Source of the DNA: Balanoglossus misakiensis
Lineage: Eukaryota > Animalia > Hemichordata
DNA: 64,000 bases
Direction: 5' to 3'
NCBI GenBank assembly: GCA_040954595.2
Contig: CM082594.2
Coordinates: forward strand, 146,208-210,207
The notes below the pieces were generated by a model, which saw nothing but the letters and a program-made list of their open reading frames with translations, ran no database searches and was not told the origin of the DNA. This document shows positions 41,601-55,378 of the stretch, piece by piece. A program made the translations under genes and the position numbers. Within the stretch, counting starts at the first letter, position 1, and each line of letters opens with the position of its first letter.

Positions 41601-44600
41601 TGATATGTTGGCTTGGGCCCGCTATTGCTGCTTGCAGCTATATTTCTTCTTCTTCTTCTTCTTCTCCAAAAATCGGCCAGGTAGATATGGAAAACGGCAG
41701 CACCTAGGGGGCTGAAACTTGGTAGGGTGATAGGGGCCAATGAGTAGACGTGCAGTGGCTCGTGAATATTTAATTAGTCACGTGACCTGGCGGCCATATT
41801 GGATTTCCTGAAAATCGTTAAATGAGTCCTTCTCAAAAACCACTGGGCCGATCGAGTTCAAATTTGGTGTGCAGGTAGCCTACCTTCTGTCCATCATTTT
41901 ACCCCATTGAAATCATGACGTCATACATAAAGTTTTTTTGCTACAATTGTTTTTCTGAAAAACTACTTAAAACTTTAAAAATCTTCTTCTCCAGAACCAG
42001 CGGTTACCGAGTCTCGGGATTTGGGATATGTGGTCACCTAACCTATGTCTATCAAGTTTGCGAAGCGCACTGTGATTGGTCGATCATTATGGCGGCCATG
42101 TTGGATTTTCGGAAAAGCATTGAAAAGTGATAATTCCGTTTTGTAGCCAAAATGTTGACAGCATGGAAATTCTTTTTTTGGATATGAGTCATCACATGAC
42201 CGGAAGTTGTCACCATTTTTCAGGGCAATTTTCACATGACCTTTGACCCAGTTTTAAAACAACTAATTATATATGCATATTCCCCATACCTCCTCTTGTC
42301 AAAGCACCACAGTCATGAATTTTGTGGACATGGGTACCAATGCTGCCAGGACATGACACAAATATTTTGGTAATTTTGGCAATGACCCTTGACCTATTTC
42401 TGAAACATTATTTTTCTGCATATCTAATTCCAGGCTAACCAACAGGGCTAGAGGTCTGGTTTAAGTTGGACATGGCCCACCCTGGGGTCAAAATTTTATG
42501 CCCAAATTTTGGGTGACCTTTGATGACCTTTGATCTACTTTCCCATATCTTAGCATCCACAGCAGTTAGAGTCCTGGCTTTTGGGGGGCAGATGGAGCGC
42601 ATATGGAGTCTTACACAAGACCTCATGAATTATGCGCATACCTAATTCTAGGTGAACCAATAGAGCTAGGGGTCTGGTTTTTGTTGGACCTAGACTTGTA
42701 TGGGGTCCGATTTTTTTGCCCAAATTTGGGGTGACCTCAAGTGACCTTTGACCTACTTTCCCATATCTTGGTATCCACAGCTGATACAGCCTTGGCATTT
42801 GCTGGTTACCATGGGAACCGCTTGTGCCCCGCCAACGCTGCTTGCAGCTTTAATTATTACGGGCCCAAGCCAAGCCAGGCTTGGGCCCGTATTGGTTTCG
42901 TTGGAATTTTACTTTCTTTCTTTCTTTATTCTTGTGTCAATTCTTTGACCCACGAGATCTCAGACACCGCTGCAGGTACACTTCTGAAACTTGCTACAGT
43001 GGTCAAGGTCAATAAGTAGTCGTGCATTGAACCCTTGAATTTTTAATTAGTCACGTGACCTGGCGGCCATCTTGGATTTTCTGAAAAAATGCAAATCTCA
43101 GATCTCAGAAACTACAAGTCAGATCGACTTCAAATTTGGCAAGCTGGTAGACTACCTTCTGCCCATCATTTTTGTAATTAGAAATTATGCTGACAAAGTT
43201 GCAGTTTTTTGCTACAATTTTTTTTCTGAAATCTGGCTTAAATTTTAAAAATCTTCTTCTCCAGAACCAGTGAAAACCAAGACACGGGGTTTTGGGTATG
43301 TGGTCACCTAACTGATGTCTATCAAGTTTGCGAAGATCATTGTGATTGGTCGAAGATTATGGCGGCCATATTGGATTTTCGTAAAACCCTAGTAAAATTT
43401 CAAAAATCTTCTTCTCAAGAACCGGCGATAACTGAGTCACAAGATTTGGTGTGTGTGGTCATTAAACAGATGTCTATCAAATTTGCGAAGAGGAATGTAA
43501 TTGGTCGAAGATTATGGCGGCCATATTGGATTTTGTGAAAAACAATTAAAAAGTAAAAATTCCTTTTCTAGCCTAAAAATTGATAGCACAGAAATTCTTT
43601 TTATGGATATGAATCATCATATGCCAAGAATAAGCTATAAATATTTTGGTAATTTTGGCAATGACCTTTGACCTACTTTTGACGCATCATTTTTCTGCAT
43701 ATCTAATTCCAGGCTACCCAATAGGGCTATAAGTTTGGTTTTTGATGTATGTGGATTTGTATGTGATCAAAAAATTTTGCTACTTTTCATGACCCCTTTG
43801 ACCTCTGGTGACCTCATTAAATATGCGCATACCTAATTAATGATCAACCAATAGACCTTAGAGGTTTTGTTTTTGTTATACATGGACCAGTATGGGGTCA
43901 AAATATTTTGCCCAAATGTTGGGTGACCTCGGGTGACCTTTGACCTACTTTTGCATATCTCGACATCCACACCAGATACAGCCTTGGCGTTTGGAGGTAT
44001 GGGGCCATAATGAAAAGCCAAAGTTTTGGGTCACCTGTGACACCTGCTTTACTCATTATTTATGTGCATACCTAATTCCGGGCTAACCAAAAGGGCTAGA
44101 TGTCTGGTTTTTGTTGGACATGGACCACTATGGGTCAAAATTTTCTGCCCAAATTTTGGATGACGTCAGATGACCTTTGACCTACTTTTGCATATATCGG
44201 CATCCAAAGCAGGTACAGTCTTGGCATTTGGAGGTATGGGGCCATAATGAAAAGCCAAAGTTTTGGGTCACCTGTGACACCTGCTTTACGCATTATTTAT
44301 GTGCATACCTAATTCCGGGCTAACCAAAAGGGCTAGAGGTCTTGTTTTTGTTGGACATGGACCACTATGGGTCAAAATTTTCTGCCCAAATTTTGGATGA
44401 CCTCAGATGACCTTTGACCTACTTAACACTATATCAACACCAAACATAGATATAACCTTGATATTTCATGGGATAAAACACAGCATTATGTTTCTACTCA
44501 TTAATTATGTGCATATCTAATAATCAGATCAGATAATAGAGCTTGGGCCCGGACAATGCTGCTTGCAGCTTTAATTATTATTATTCTTCTTCTTCCGAGA

Positions 44601-45785
44601 AATTCGGCCAGGTAGATCTGGAAAACCGCAGCACCTAGGGGGCTGAAACTTGGTAGGGTGATAGGGGCCAATGAGTAGACGTGCAGTGGCTCGTGAATAT
44701 TTAATTAGTCACGTGACCTGGCGGCCATATTGGATTTCCTGAAAATCGTTAAACGAGTCCTTCTCAAAAACTACTGGGCCGATCGAGTTCAAATTTGGTG
44801 TGCAGGTAGCCTACCTTCTGTCCATCATTTTACCCCATTGAAATCGTGACGTCACACATAAAGTTTTTTTGCTACAATTGTTTTTCTGAAAAAGTACTTA
44901 AAACTTTAAAAATCTTCTTCTCCAGAACCAGCGATTGCCGAGTCACGGGATTTGGGGCATGTGGTCACCTAACCTATGTCTATCAAGTTTGCGAAGCGCA
45001 CTGTGATTGGTCGATCATTATGGCGGCCATGTTGGATTTTCGGAAAACCATTGAAAAATATAAATTCCTTTTTGTAGCCAAAATATTGACAGCACGGAAA
45101 TTCTTTTTTAGGATATGAGTCATCATATGACCGGAAGTTGTCACAATTTTTCGGGGCAATTTTCACATGACCTTTGACCCAGTTTTAAAACAACTAATTA
45201 TATATGCATATTCCCCATACCTCCTCTTGTAAAAGCACCACAGTCATGAATTTTGTGGACATGGGTACCAATGCTGCCAGGACATGACACAAATATTTTG
45301 GTAATTTTGGCAATGACCTTTGACCTATTTCTGAAACATCATTTTTCTGCATATCTAATTCCATGCTACCCAATAGGGCTAGAGGTCTGGTATTGGTTGG
45401 ACATGGCCCAGTCTGGGGTCAAAATTTTATGCCCTAATTTTGGGTGACCTTGGGTGACCTTTGATCTACTTTCCCATATCTCAGCCTCCAGAGCAGTTAG
45501 AGCCCTGGCTTTTATGGGTATTGAGCACATAATGGAGTCTTACACAAGACCTCATTAATTATGTGCATACCTAATTGCAGGCGAACCAATAGGGCTAGGG
45601 GTCTGGTTTTTTGTTGGATCTAGACTAGTAATGGGGTCCAATTTTTTGCCCAAATTTGGGGTGACCTCAGGTGACCTTTGACCTACTTTCCCATATCTTG
45701 GTATCCCCAGCAGATACAGCCGTGGCATTTGCTGGTCACCATGGGAACCGCTTGTGCCCCGCCAACGCTGCTTGCAGCTTTAATT
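38635..45785 (+). mobile_element. Nest of Helentron/DINE-1-like non-autonomous elements: A 5' end 38635-38687, B1 38688-40417, C 40422-41645, A body 41646-42855, B2 42856-44576, A body 44577-45785
   Basis: Each 5' end is a hairpin (GGGGCACAAGC or GGGCCCAAGC) with a CTT/CTTT microsatellite. Bodies contain tandem repeats of about 180 bp and end in a 3' subTIR, a GCTGC-TT-GCAGC stem-loop and a T-rich tail. Confidence 0.8.
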
Positions 45786-47593
45786 ATACTGGTGATTTTA
45801 CTGTTTTTATTACCGATCATATGACTGACTTAAAGATGATGATGATGATGATGATGATAATGACTACACCTGCTATTATTACTACAATGTACCTCAGCAC
45901 TTAGATTTTTTAATAAATGACAAAGTACTGTACTCACGTGTTTCACATGTGAAGCCCAGGTAGCAGCCAGCACATTGACATGTGACGCCTGTATAAGATC
46001 CCTGGATTGCTTGGCAAGTACCAGCATTCCGGCATGGGTTAAGGTTTGTGTTCGCACGGATTCATTGCTGCAAATGTACACAATATTTACAAAATAAAAC
46101 AGTATACAACTGTAAGGATTTATAATCATCAATTGTGAATATCACACCAATCAAGGCCTTTCAATGCACCCTGATTGCTGAGAGCTGAAATACGTGAACC
46201 AACGTGTATTTGTTTTCACTACTATATCACATGACATTCTGCATCTCTTTTCCATAGTTTTGGAGTCTGCACCCAACATTGTATTCCGGGGTAGCACTAC
46301 ACGGAACCCCGAAACTTTTTCGTCATCATCCGAGTACTTTTCCCAGCATGCAGTTGCCAAGAAGGCTGCACAGGGAGTTTTTATTTTTGCACTGGTATAC
46401 AATTTTTTTATTCGTCAATTTCACAGACACATGCATTGCACATCAAAATTTTGCGTCAGAAGTGAGGACAACTTAACTAGGTACCAATGCAATGTGGTTT
46501 TAGGCGGATTTGAACTTTTCCTTTAATGTAACAGTTGTATTGACATGCGATTATCATACTGAACATGAAGCAATCTCAAAATTGCTAAAAATAAAATAAT
46601 TCAGGACATTTAGATTCTACAATGGTGAAAACATATGACAAACCTCCCAAAATTCTTATTTTTGAGGCCATTTTACAAAAATCTATGAGCCTGGCAAAAT
46701 CTGAAAGAGGTGCTAGATAAAGGGTGCTTTTTCAAAACTCTAGATGGTTGACCCCCAATTTTTATTCCATAGATTAAATGTTTAGAAGTCATAGTATCAT
46801 CAGTATTAATTTTAACATGATCAGACGACCCTTTATTTCGAGGTGCGCAACACCTTAAATATGTTTTTACGACTAAGACGACTACAAACCTGGTAGAAGG
46901 GGAGTACATGTTGTTGATGGTCCCAGAGAGTAGGTTCTTGATGTGCAGGCAAGTGGGTGATGTTGCTGCACACTGACAGCCTGGATCGCAAGGGGTACAG
47001 GATACTTCTGTGGCTGTGTCAGCATAATAACTTGATGGACAAGGAATGGGGCTGTCTGACCCATCTGGACAGTAGTTACCTACACCGCAATCAGCACATG
47101 TCATGTCTGTAGAATAACAGCAGCTTGTTTAGTGAGTGTTTTGCCGATATGACAGAGTTCAAGTATGCTTATTTGGTTAAATTTTAAAAGGAATATCACC
47201 AGCTGTTTTAGAGTTAATATTGCGAAAGGGACTTCATAAGTTGTCTGAAAACACCAGTTTCCCCAATTTTCACTAATGTATAGGAATACATGAGAAGTCA
47301 GCCAGATTAGAAGTCAGCCAGTACGTGCGTATGAGAAGTCGGCCTGTACGAGAAGTCAGCCAGTTGTTGAACTTGTACCCGAATAGTGCAGTGATGACCC
47401 AGATTACTTATAACAACACTTAATAAAATATAATTGCACTAAATATTTTCATTTGGATGGATTTCCCAAATTCTTGACAACACAATGGCGTCATTTCAAA
47501 TAATGGCGTCTGGCATCCGTACCGGTTCCCCAGCCCCGTATCCGCGTAAGGAGCTTAGGTTGTTCACCAAATTCCTGTGACATTTCTGATTAA

Positions 47594-47939
47594 AGGGACA
47601 AAGTCTCTCCCTCGCGAACCTTTTTCCATTAATTATGTTTGATACAAGACACCGTTCACATTATTCTACATGTGGATATATTGAGAATCCACATTCAACT
47701 ACAGACAAATTCCATCCCGTTTGTAGGATATGAGTGTAAAAATCCCGCCAAAATGAATAAATGGTAAACACCGATTATTCATTTTGGCAAGTTTTTCACT
47801 CTCGTGTCTACAAGTCGGATTGAAGTTGTGTGTGGTTGAACGTTGATTCACTATATATCCACATTTAGAATACATAAATGGTGTCTTGTATCAAATATTA
47901 TTAATGGAAAAAGGGCAGCGAGAGAGAGACTTTGTCCCT
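47594..47939. mobile_element. Kolobok-like MITE specific to copy 3 (a further fragment lies near 57529)
   Basis: TTAA TSD; TIR AGGGACAAAGTCTCTC; largely palindromic body; empty site at 8136-8139. Confidence 0.88.
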
Positions 47940-49472
47940 TTAAAGGGAGTTGTTTCAAAGCCTACTAAAATACATAGAAGATGTATGTGTATATTCATAC
48001 TTTGAGACAACACCAAACAAACAAACGTGACGAGGAACAGACTACTGGCGTAGCGCAAGAAGTGCAGGTGACTGATGTTGACGTACCCCGGTGACGTACA
48101 TGAAAAGTGAACAGACAGTTTTAAAATTCATCGGCTATTTGTATATCTCAGCTCCTGTACATCAAGGAAACATTTCGTAGTGAAACAGTTATATATAACA
48201 CAAAGTACCAGGGTTCTCTCCCACAGGCCGACTTCTCGTACTGGCCGATACCGACTTCTCATACTGGTTGACTTCTCAGGACACCATGTATAGCATAGCT
48301 GTTGAACTCAAAAAATATGTAAAACTACAAGTGATGTAAACAATTTGTGGAACCATGTTCAAATCGAGACCAGAAGAAAAGAGATTTCAAGACTTACCTC
48401 CTTCAACACTTTACTGCCCTGTAGCGCACTGTGTGACACTTGTAGTTGTGCATTCATAACCAGAAGGACGTGGCCGAACCTAGCGAGTATGAACCTATCA
48501 CAGAAAAAATTCAAAGAACGATTGGTTTGGTCCAACGATCCCTTATTAGAGAGATGTCCGTAATCACAGATGTTACTGTACAATACCTCTTCAGTGGAAT
48601 CTTTGTGTTTTTCAAAGTGCGTCACAATATCAACTCCAATGAGCATAACAGTTTAATTTTCTGTGTATGTCATGCTATAACACAGGGAAGTCACAAGAGT
48701 GATTTGCAGCCCAACTTACCAGTAACTGTTGAACAATCAACTACGGGTGACATGGTTGGACACTTGGATCCTGCTGGACAAGGCGTGCATGTTCCGTCGC
48801 CTTCCATAGCATATTCACCATTGCCACAGTCAAGCGGATCTTACATTGGATCTAAACACGATTGTCCGGCAGGGCACAGAAGACGGGATGTGCGTGCAGG
48901 CTCCTCACTTATTTCATCTGATTAAATAAAATGAGGTTTTTAGTGAAGTATTTGTGATACAGTGTCATTTAAAATAACAAATTACTTGAGATGATTCACT
49001 TCATAATTCTGAGACAAGTATACAGGCATGTAGAAAATTCTTTGGAGGACATTAAACGTCATTTCTAATCAACCATGTTCTGAATATCATAAGACTCTGC
49101 GAGATCTCACATGGCTAACCGGGTCTCGCAAGATCTCGCACTGAGTTGATAATCTGTTGTAAACACATACATACATACACACACACACACACATAACCCC
49201 AGTCGCACTGACTTGAAAATCTGTTGTAAACACATACATGCATACACACACACACCCGTCAGTTTCATCACACAGCAAACTGAACAAGTACCACGATCTT
49301 ACCATTTGTACATCTGGTACAGTTTGTTGCACCAGCCAATGACACGTAACCCTTGGTACACTTGAATTGCGATGCACTGGGATCTGTGCAGGCGTACCCT
49401 TGCTCACAAATAGTACACTGTTCAGCACCGGCTGATCTGTAAATCAAACAAAGAATTTACACACCAAGTTAA

Positions 49473-50205
49473 GGTGCCATTGCATGAAACCGTCGAGACT
49501 TTTTCAGAGGCCTATTTCTCATGAAAGACAACGTTAAAACCCACACAAACCATATATATTCTGGAAGCTGAGTTTTTGAACTTTTGTTTGCTTTGCAAAT
49601 ATTATTGATCCCCGGAAATGGTGGCGATTTTGGGTTAAAAAACCCATTTTTTGATATTATGTCATAAAATTTAAAATAGGTAAAAAAGTTGACCATGCAT
49701 CATGCATCTTAATATGTCATTCAAAACTAGAGTACACGTGCAAAAAACGGTAATTCCGTTTTGCGTTATCTGCTTCCATTGAGGAGTAACAGCGTTTGAA
49801 AGTTAGATTTTTAGTAAAATTTGATCAAATTCACGGTGAGTTGTATTGAATCAGAGTTTATTCCCGCCAGGGACACTTTATCAACTAACAAAAATACCGT
49901 TTTGTTGGCTGGGTCATACAAAATCCCCAGTTAAAGTTTGAGCAAATTCGGCCAACGCAGAGCGAAGCTATTTTCGTCTGAAGTTGTCAAGAACAGCGAA
50001 AATGCAAACTGAGAAAAACGGCCATTTGCATTGTTGACACCTATTTGTTAAGCTGTGAACTCATTCAGAAAAGTGCTATTTGGGGGTGATTGTGCACCAT
50101 TTCCGCCAAGACGTATTAGTCAGGATGTGGGTCAGTATTAGGCCTACCGATTTATGTAAAAAAGTAAAATTTGGCAAAAATCACAACTTTTCATGCAATG
50201 CCACC
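49473..50205. mobile_element. Kolobok-like MITE specific to copy 3
   Basis: TTAA TSD; TIR GGTGCCATTGCATGAAA / TTTCATGCAATGCCACC; empty site at 9683-9686. Confidence 0.88.
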
Positions 50206-52111
50206 TTAACCTTTGAATACCACTGTAAAAAATTGGCGCAAATTTTAATTATTTTCATAAATAGAGGTCTATTCAAATTTGGAAAAATTGTCATTTTTTC
50301 ATTCATATATTATATCAGTAAATTTTAAATACAGAAATGGAAAATGTTCCCATCCTATTTTTCAGTTAGTAAATTACCTGACCTAATGTTATGCAAGAGG
50401 TACAGCGAGACATCCTTTGTCCAAGGCCGAACTGTAATAACCAGCCGAGCATAAAATCACAGTGTTACCATTTGGACATTGGTTACCAGCTGGGCAATCA
50501 CCACATGATGTTTGTGCTGAAAATAAACAGAGATTTATAGAATCTTATAGTCACAGTCATACCTTCAAAGACGTGGGATTCTCACGCGGGTTGGGGAGAC
50601 AAAAATCCCTGGCAAAAGATTGAGGACAAGAAAATGCCAAACCAGAGATATTGGTAACAGAAACTGTATACAGTCAATGCCATATGGCAGTGTGCTGTTC
50701 TAACAACAGACAAGAATGTGACGATCATAGTCTGTGTCGGAGATTTGGAAAAGAGCAAATTCGGTGAAAAGACGGGACAAAACAAAAGTCTACTTATACG
50801 ATGCACATGAAAACTGGATGAAAGCGAAGCAGTCCACTATTTGAATGCATTGGATGTAAAATTGGCAGAATATTTGGACTGGACATAATGTTTGTACGCA
50901 CAGAATTACGCACATGCACATAAGATGATCGTCCGCCTTAAGTGAAAGATTACACAGTAATGCCCAAATTTTAAGTGCTGGCTCACCCTCTATATTAGTG
51001 TAGTATCCATCTTCACACACCTCTGGCTCCGACATACCATCATATTGGCACTTATACCCAGGGCAGGACAAGGCGTACAGTCTATACTTCCATTGTTGGC
51101 AAAATGTCCCTGTCCGCATTGTGTTGGTGATGAGAGGCTGGCTGTTCCACACATGAAACCCTTGGACACAGCGTGCATGCTTCAGAACATGCTGAACTGT
51201 AACTTCCAACTGCGCAGTCCTGTAGGAGTAAAGACGTCAAATATTAGGGAGGTTTAGGAGCCCTCTAGCCAGCAAACTTCATCAAGGATGTACGCGCAGA
51301 ACATAAACTGGAAACACTGCGCGCCCGGTCTTTTTCCCGAAGGATTACATTGATAATCGCCAGAAAACAAACTTCTACTATTGTCATTTTCACGAAATTT
51401 TACACATAGCTCAGTCCAGAAAATATAAATTCATTGGTCAAATAAAATATAGGGGTCACCGCGCTCTTTTTTGAGATAAATTGCGTTAAGAATTTTGCCC
51501 ATAGACAAACCATTGGTGAAAAATGCTGAGTCAGCAGATTTCTTCTATTATCGACCAAATTCATGGCTCTGTATTTCAAAGACAAGCCAGGTGACCCTAA
51601 ATTTTATTACGGATTTTCATTATACATACAAAGGAGAATAAAAAAATCCACAATTAAAAAAAATGACAATACTTTCAATTTTACTGAACGTACATCCTTA
51701 ATGTTACTTATGTAGTGGAGCACCAAAACCAAATTTTCATATCGATTGTGTATTTTGTGATAAAAGCACCAAACTTGGCTCAGATGCGTGTTAATGTGTA
51801 CTGAACAAATTCAGATAGCGAGTCACTAAATATCTGTTGAAGAGTTTCCATGGCAACCAATTTTTTTTCAAAATGGCCGCCAATACAGATAATCACACCT
51901 GTTAAACACCAAAATAAATTCAGATTACAATATTTGAAACAAGAAACTACGGAAAGAATGGTTTGCAATAGAACTATGGTTATTAAACTACAAATGTACT
52001 TATAAGGGTAACTAAGGGATCAAAACACAGGTGCAACTTTCAATCCCTGGTTCTCGCATTAGTATAGGTGCTCCCCCTAGTCAAACATTATGGCTAGTTG
52101 CGATATTTAAC

Positions 52112-52959
52112 TGGAAAGGGCAGTTCACGAAATAAAAACCTGGATGACACATAATAAACTTCAACTCAATGGTGGCAAAACCGAGGTACTCCTGATAAGG
52201 TCTCAGTTCAACCGCTCGCCTCGTCCCATAAACCACATGAGCATTGGATCATGTTGTGTTCAAATAGTGAATTCTGCACGGAATATAGGTGTGACATTCG
52301 ACGACAATTACACTTTCAATAAGCACATTAATGCAATTTACAAGTCAATTTTCTTCCATCTGCGTCAAATCAGCCACATTCGCCGTTACCTCACTAAGGA
52401 AGTTTGCCAGATGCTGGTTCATGCTCTAATCACACTACTGTAATGCACTACTCTGTGGTTTACCATCATCATGCATGCTACAGCATGCCCTGAATTCTGC
52501 AGCCATGATCGTTTCTCGTACCCGTAAAAGGGATCATATTACTCCTGTTCTCATGGATTTACATTGGTTGCCTGTACACTATAGAATCCAATACAAGATC
52601 TTGCTTATGACATATAAGGCATTAAACAACACAGCACCAGCTTACATCTCTGACTTAATCCATCTGAAAACTTCAACAAGACTTCTTCGTTCAAATGACA
52701 AATTTCTACTTCATGTACCATGGAGTAAGAAGAAAATGTACGTCGATCGTGCTTTTTCGTATATCGCCCCACTCATTTGGAACAGTGTCCCAATAGAAGT
52801 ATGCCAGTCACCTAGCCTTGACAGTTTCAAGAAACACATCAAGACTTATCTGTTTAACAGAGCGTATTAACAGTAACTTTACATTGTAAAGCGCTATTGA
52901 ACACTATTACAGTGGAGTTTGGTGCTCTATAAGTCTTTTTGATTGATTGATTGATTGAT
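52112..52959 (+). mobile_element. 3' end of the same L2 LINE, copy 3, with (GATT)n tail
   Basis: HITPVLMDLHWLPVHYRIQYK...RAFSYIAPLIWN...FKKHIKTYLF, then a 3' UTR and GATTGATT tail. Confidence 0.92.
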
Positions 52960-53411
52960 GAACAGTTTACCACCTTAGCTAAACACATAAACAGATCACC
53001 GATACGTCCGAATAGCGCGTGTATGAGGGCTTGGTTAACTTGTGACCTGTTTGGTCGGGCATTGATTCTTGTCGGCAAAAACTGCCATAGGAAATTATAA
53101 ACTTAAGTCAAATTGCTGAAACAATAAATAATAGTCCATGTGTCTTGATACTTCAGATCATGCATCGGTTCGACTCTGTCTGTAGTCGGTTACCCAAATT
53201 TATTGGGAAGTTCGGCCTTTTACACATTAATACGTGTGGTTTTCGATCATATCCTACCGGTCTTATTGGTTGACATTAATTTGGCAGTGTGCTATAAGCA
53301 TATTACATCCTACATCAAACCAAAATAAAGCTTGTGATACTTTGACCATCAGTTTTTGTTTACTTTTAGTCGCTAGTGAAATTCAAGCTCAGTAATAACT
53401 TTACAACTAAC

Positions 53412-55088
53412 TTATTAGGGGCCCAAGCCCCTATGGGCAGGGCCCCTATTGTTATTACTGGGGTTTTTAGGGGCCCAAGCCCCTATGGGCGGGGCCCCTA
53501 TTGGTATTGCTGGCATTTTTCTTCTTCTTTGGCACTTTCATCGGACACTAGGATCTTGAAAACGGCTAAACCTACAATTCTCAAATTTGGCACAATAATG
53601 CAGGCCAATGAGATCTGGTGCAGTACGTCCGTGAATGTTAAATTAGTCAAGTGACCTGATGACCATATAAGGGATGGTGATCTTTGACCTTAATAATATT
53701 GATGATGCCCGAGCCGCAGGGAAGGGCATCATCAATATGTTTCGATGTGTGACGTTACCAGCACATTCCAGAAGACAGCATGGCATGGTCTGTACAAGTT
53801 GAGTGAAATACTTAGAAAGATATCGCAGTGACCGATCTGCCTGGGCTGCATTCATGTTTTTCTCTTGAAATCATGGACAGTGTTATACACCTCTGTATCA
53901 ATGCTGTTTTAGTGACTTTTTCACACCCGTTCTTTTTGTTTTGAGTGAATAGGATAGTCAACTAACTACTGCTGGACAATGGGTGTGAGTTTCATGGCTC
54001 TCACATGATGGGGTAATCTGGGGTAACATTTTGAAAATACCATGTCATTTTCAGAACGCAGTTATGGTGTATGTACATGTGAACAGTGATACATGTACAT
54101 GTGTAGGTCGGAAATTTAGATCGGGTATACACGTCTGCATCTAACACTCAAACTGCAATATTGCAAAACGTGTGTATTATACACGATATACTACATGTAG
54201 TAATTGTATTAGATTTAGTCTGCATTGGTCAATATAATATACGGAAACTAAATATGTCGATCGGATTTGATCTATCACAGGTCCAGCTGTGGTTGCACAG
54301 AACACGTCTCCATTTATGGTGTGAACAGGGACTGCTGTACGCATGTGCACATCTGAGTTCACGAGGTTACACGTACTGCAGTTGCGCAGAACACGTCTCC
54401 ATTTATGGAGTGAACAGGGACTGACCAAGGGGCCGAAATGAGAAGCCAAATTTCGGGTGACTCCTTGACCTTTGACCCACCTTGAAAAACACATATCTAC
54501 TTCTACGCTAACTAATACACCTAGGGAGCTGATTTTTGGTGGACAGGTACAACTATTGGACCAAATCATTTCGCCGCAATGTCACGTGACCTCGGTGACC
54601 TTTGAACTATATATAACATAAATGCTCATAAGTACGTAACTATTAGACCGACAGACTTCATATTTGGTGGGATGAAGCATACACATGTACTTGTTACCCC
54701 TTGACCTTTGACCTAATTAATTATGTGCATACCTAATTCTAGGCTTACTAATAGGCTAGAGGTTTTGTTTCTGTTGGACATGGACAAGTGTGGCGTCCAA
54801 TTTTTTCCATAAAATATTGGGTGACCTCAGGTGATCTACTTTCTCATATCTCAGCCTCCAGAGCAGGTACAGCCTTAGCATTTCGAGGGATGGGACTAAA
54901 AAGAAAAGCCGAATTTTGAGGTCACCTGTACAACTGCTTAACTCATTAATTATGTGTATACCTAATTCCAGGCGAACCAATAGGGCTGAAGGTTTGGTTT
55001 CTGATGGACCTGGACCAGTATGGGGTCAAAAATTTTTGCCCAAATTTCGGGTAACCTCAGATGACCATTTTGGCTTGCAGCTATATTT
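53412..55088 (+). mobile_element. Second Helentron/DINE-like nest (two 5' hairpins, one degenerate 3' end)
   Basis: AGGGGCCCAAGCCCCTATGGGC..GGGCCCCT occurs twice; ends GCTTGCAGCTATATTTT; same internal repeat as 38635-45785. Confidence 0.7.
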
Positions 55089-55091
55089 TAA

Positions 55092-55378
55092 CCCTAATAC
55101 TACTAGGTGTCATACCTGTTTAGAGTGTCAAGTCCCTTAAAATATGTGTTTGCCATTTTTTCTTCCTAAACGTATTTTGACTGTCTTGCCATGGCTCTCA
55201 TATACACACTTGGCAGTCTAAGCCCCCTTAAATGTACTAAATCGTATTGGTTTGCCTGGTTTGGTTTGAGGGTCTTGTATAGGCCCTACTGCGTAACACG
55301 CCCTTGGCAGCCTAACAGGCCTGGGAGCCAGGATTCTAGGCACCCTGGATATCAAACTGACTTGGCAGCGTTATAGGG
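55092..55378. mobile_element. Possible piggyBac-like MITE
   Basis: TTAA|CCCTA ... TAGGG|TTAA with a short degenerate TIR. Confidence 0.45.

Larger units (their letters stand above)
33112..46067 (-). pseudogene. EGF-like exon array, copy 3. It lacks the GLDQCSPNP exon, and has a full-length exon at 38428-38550 and an extra exon at 45938-46067
   Basis: 38428-38550 reads VPNPCFASPCLNGGTCQQQANSCTATIGMCTECY*ETRCET. 45938-46067 reads NPCRNAGTCQAIQGSYTGVTCQCAGCYLGFTCET with a frameshift near its 5' end. Confidence 0.88.
46890..51219 (-). pseudogene. Cys-rich GCC2/GCC3-like exons, copy 3, including an extra exon at 46890-47106
   Basis: The extra exon reads MTCADCGVGNYCPDGSDSPIPCPSSYYADTATEVSCTPCDPGCQC, then frameshifts. 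The donor of the exon near 50390-50517 is deleted. Confidence 0.82.

Noticed and set aside
53696-53738. 15-bp stem hairpin ATATTGATGATGCCC..GGGCATCATCAATAT as an ncRNA or terminator
   Set aside because: It lies inside a nest of transposon fragments and is most likely the end of another small element.
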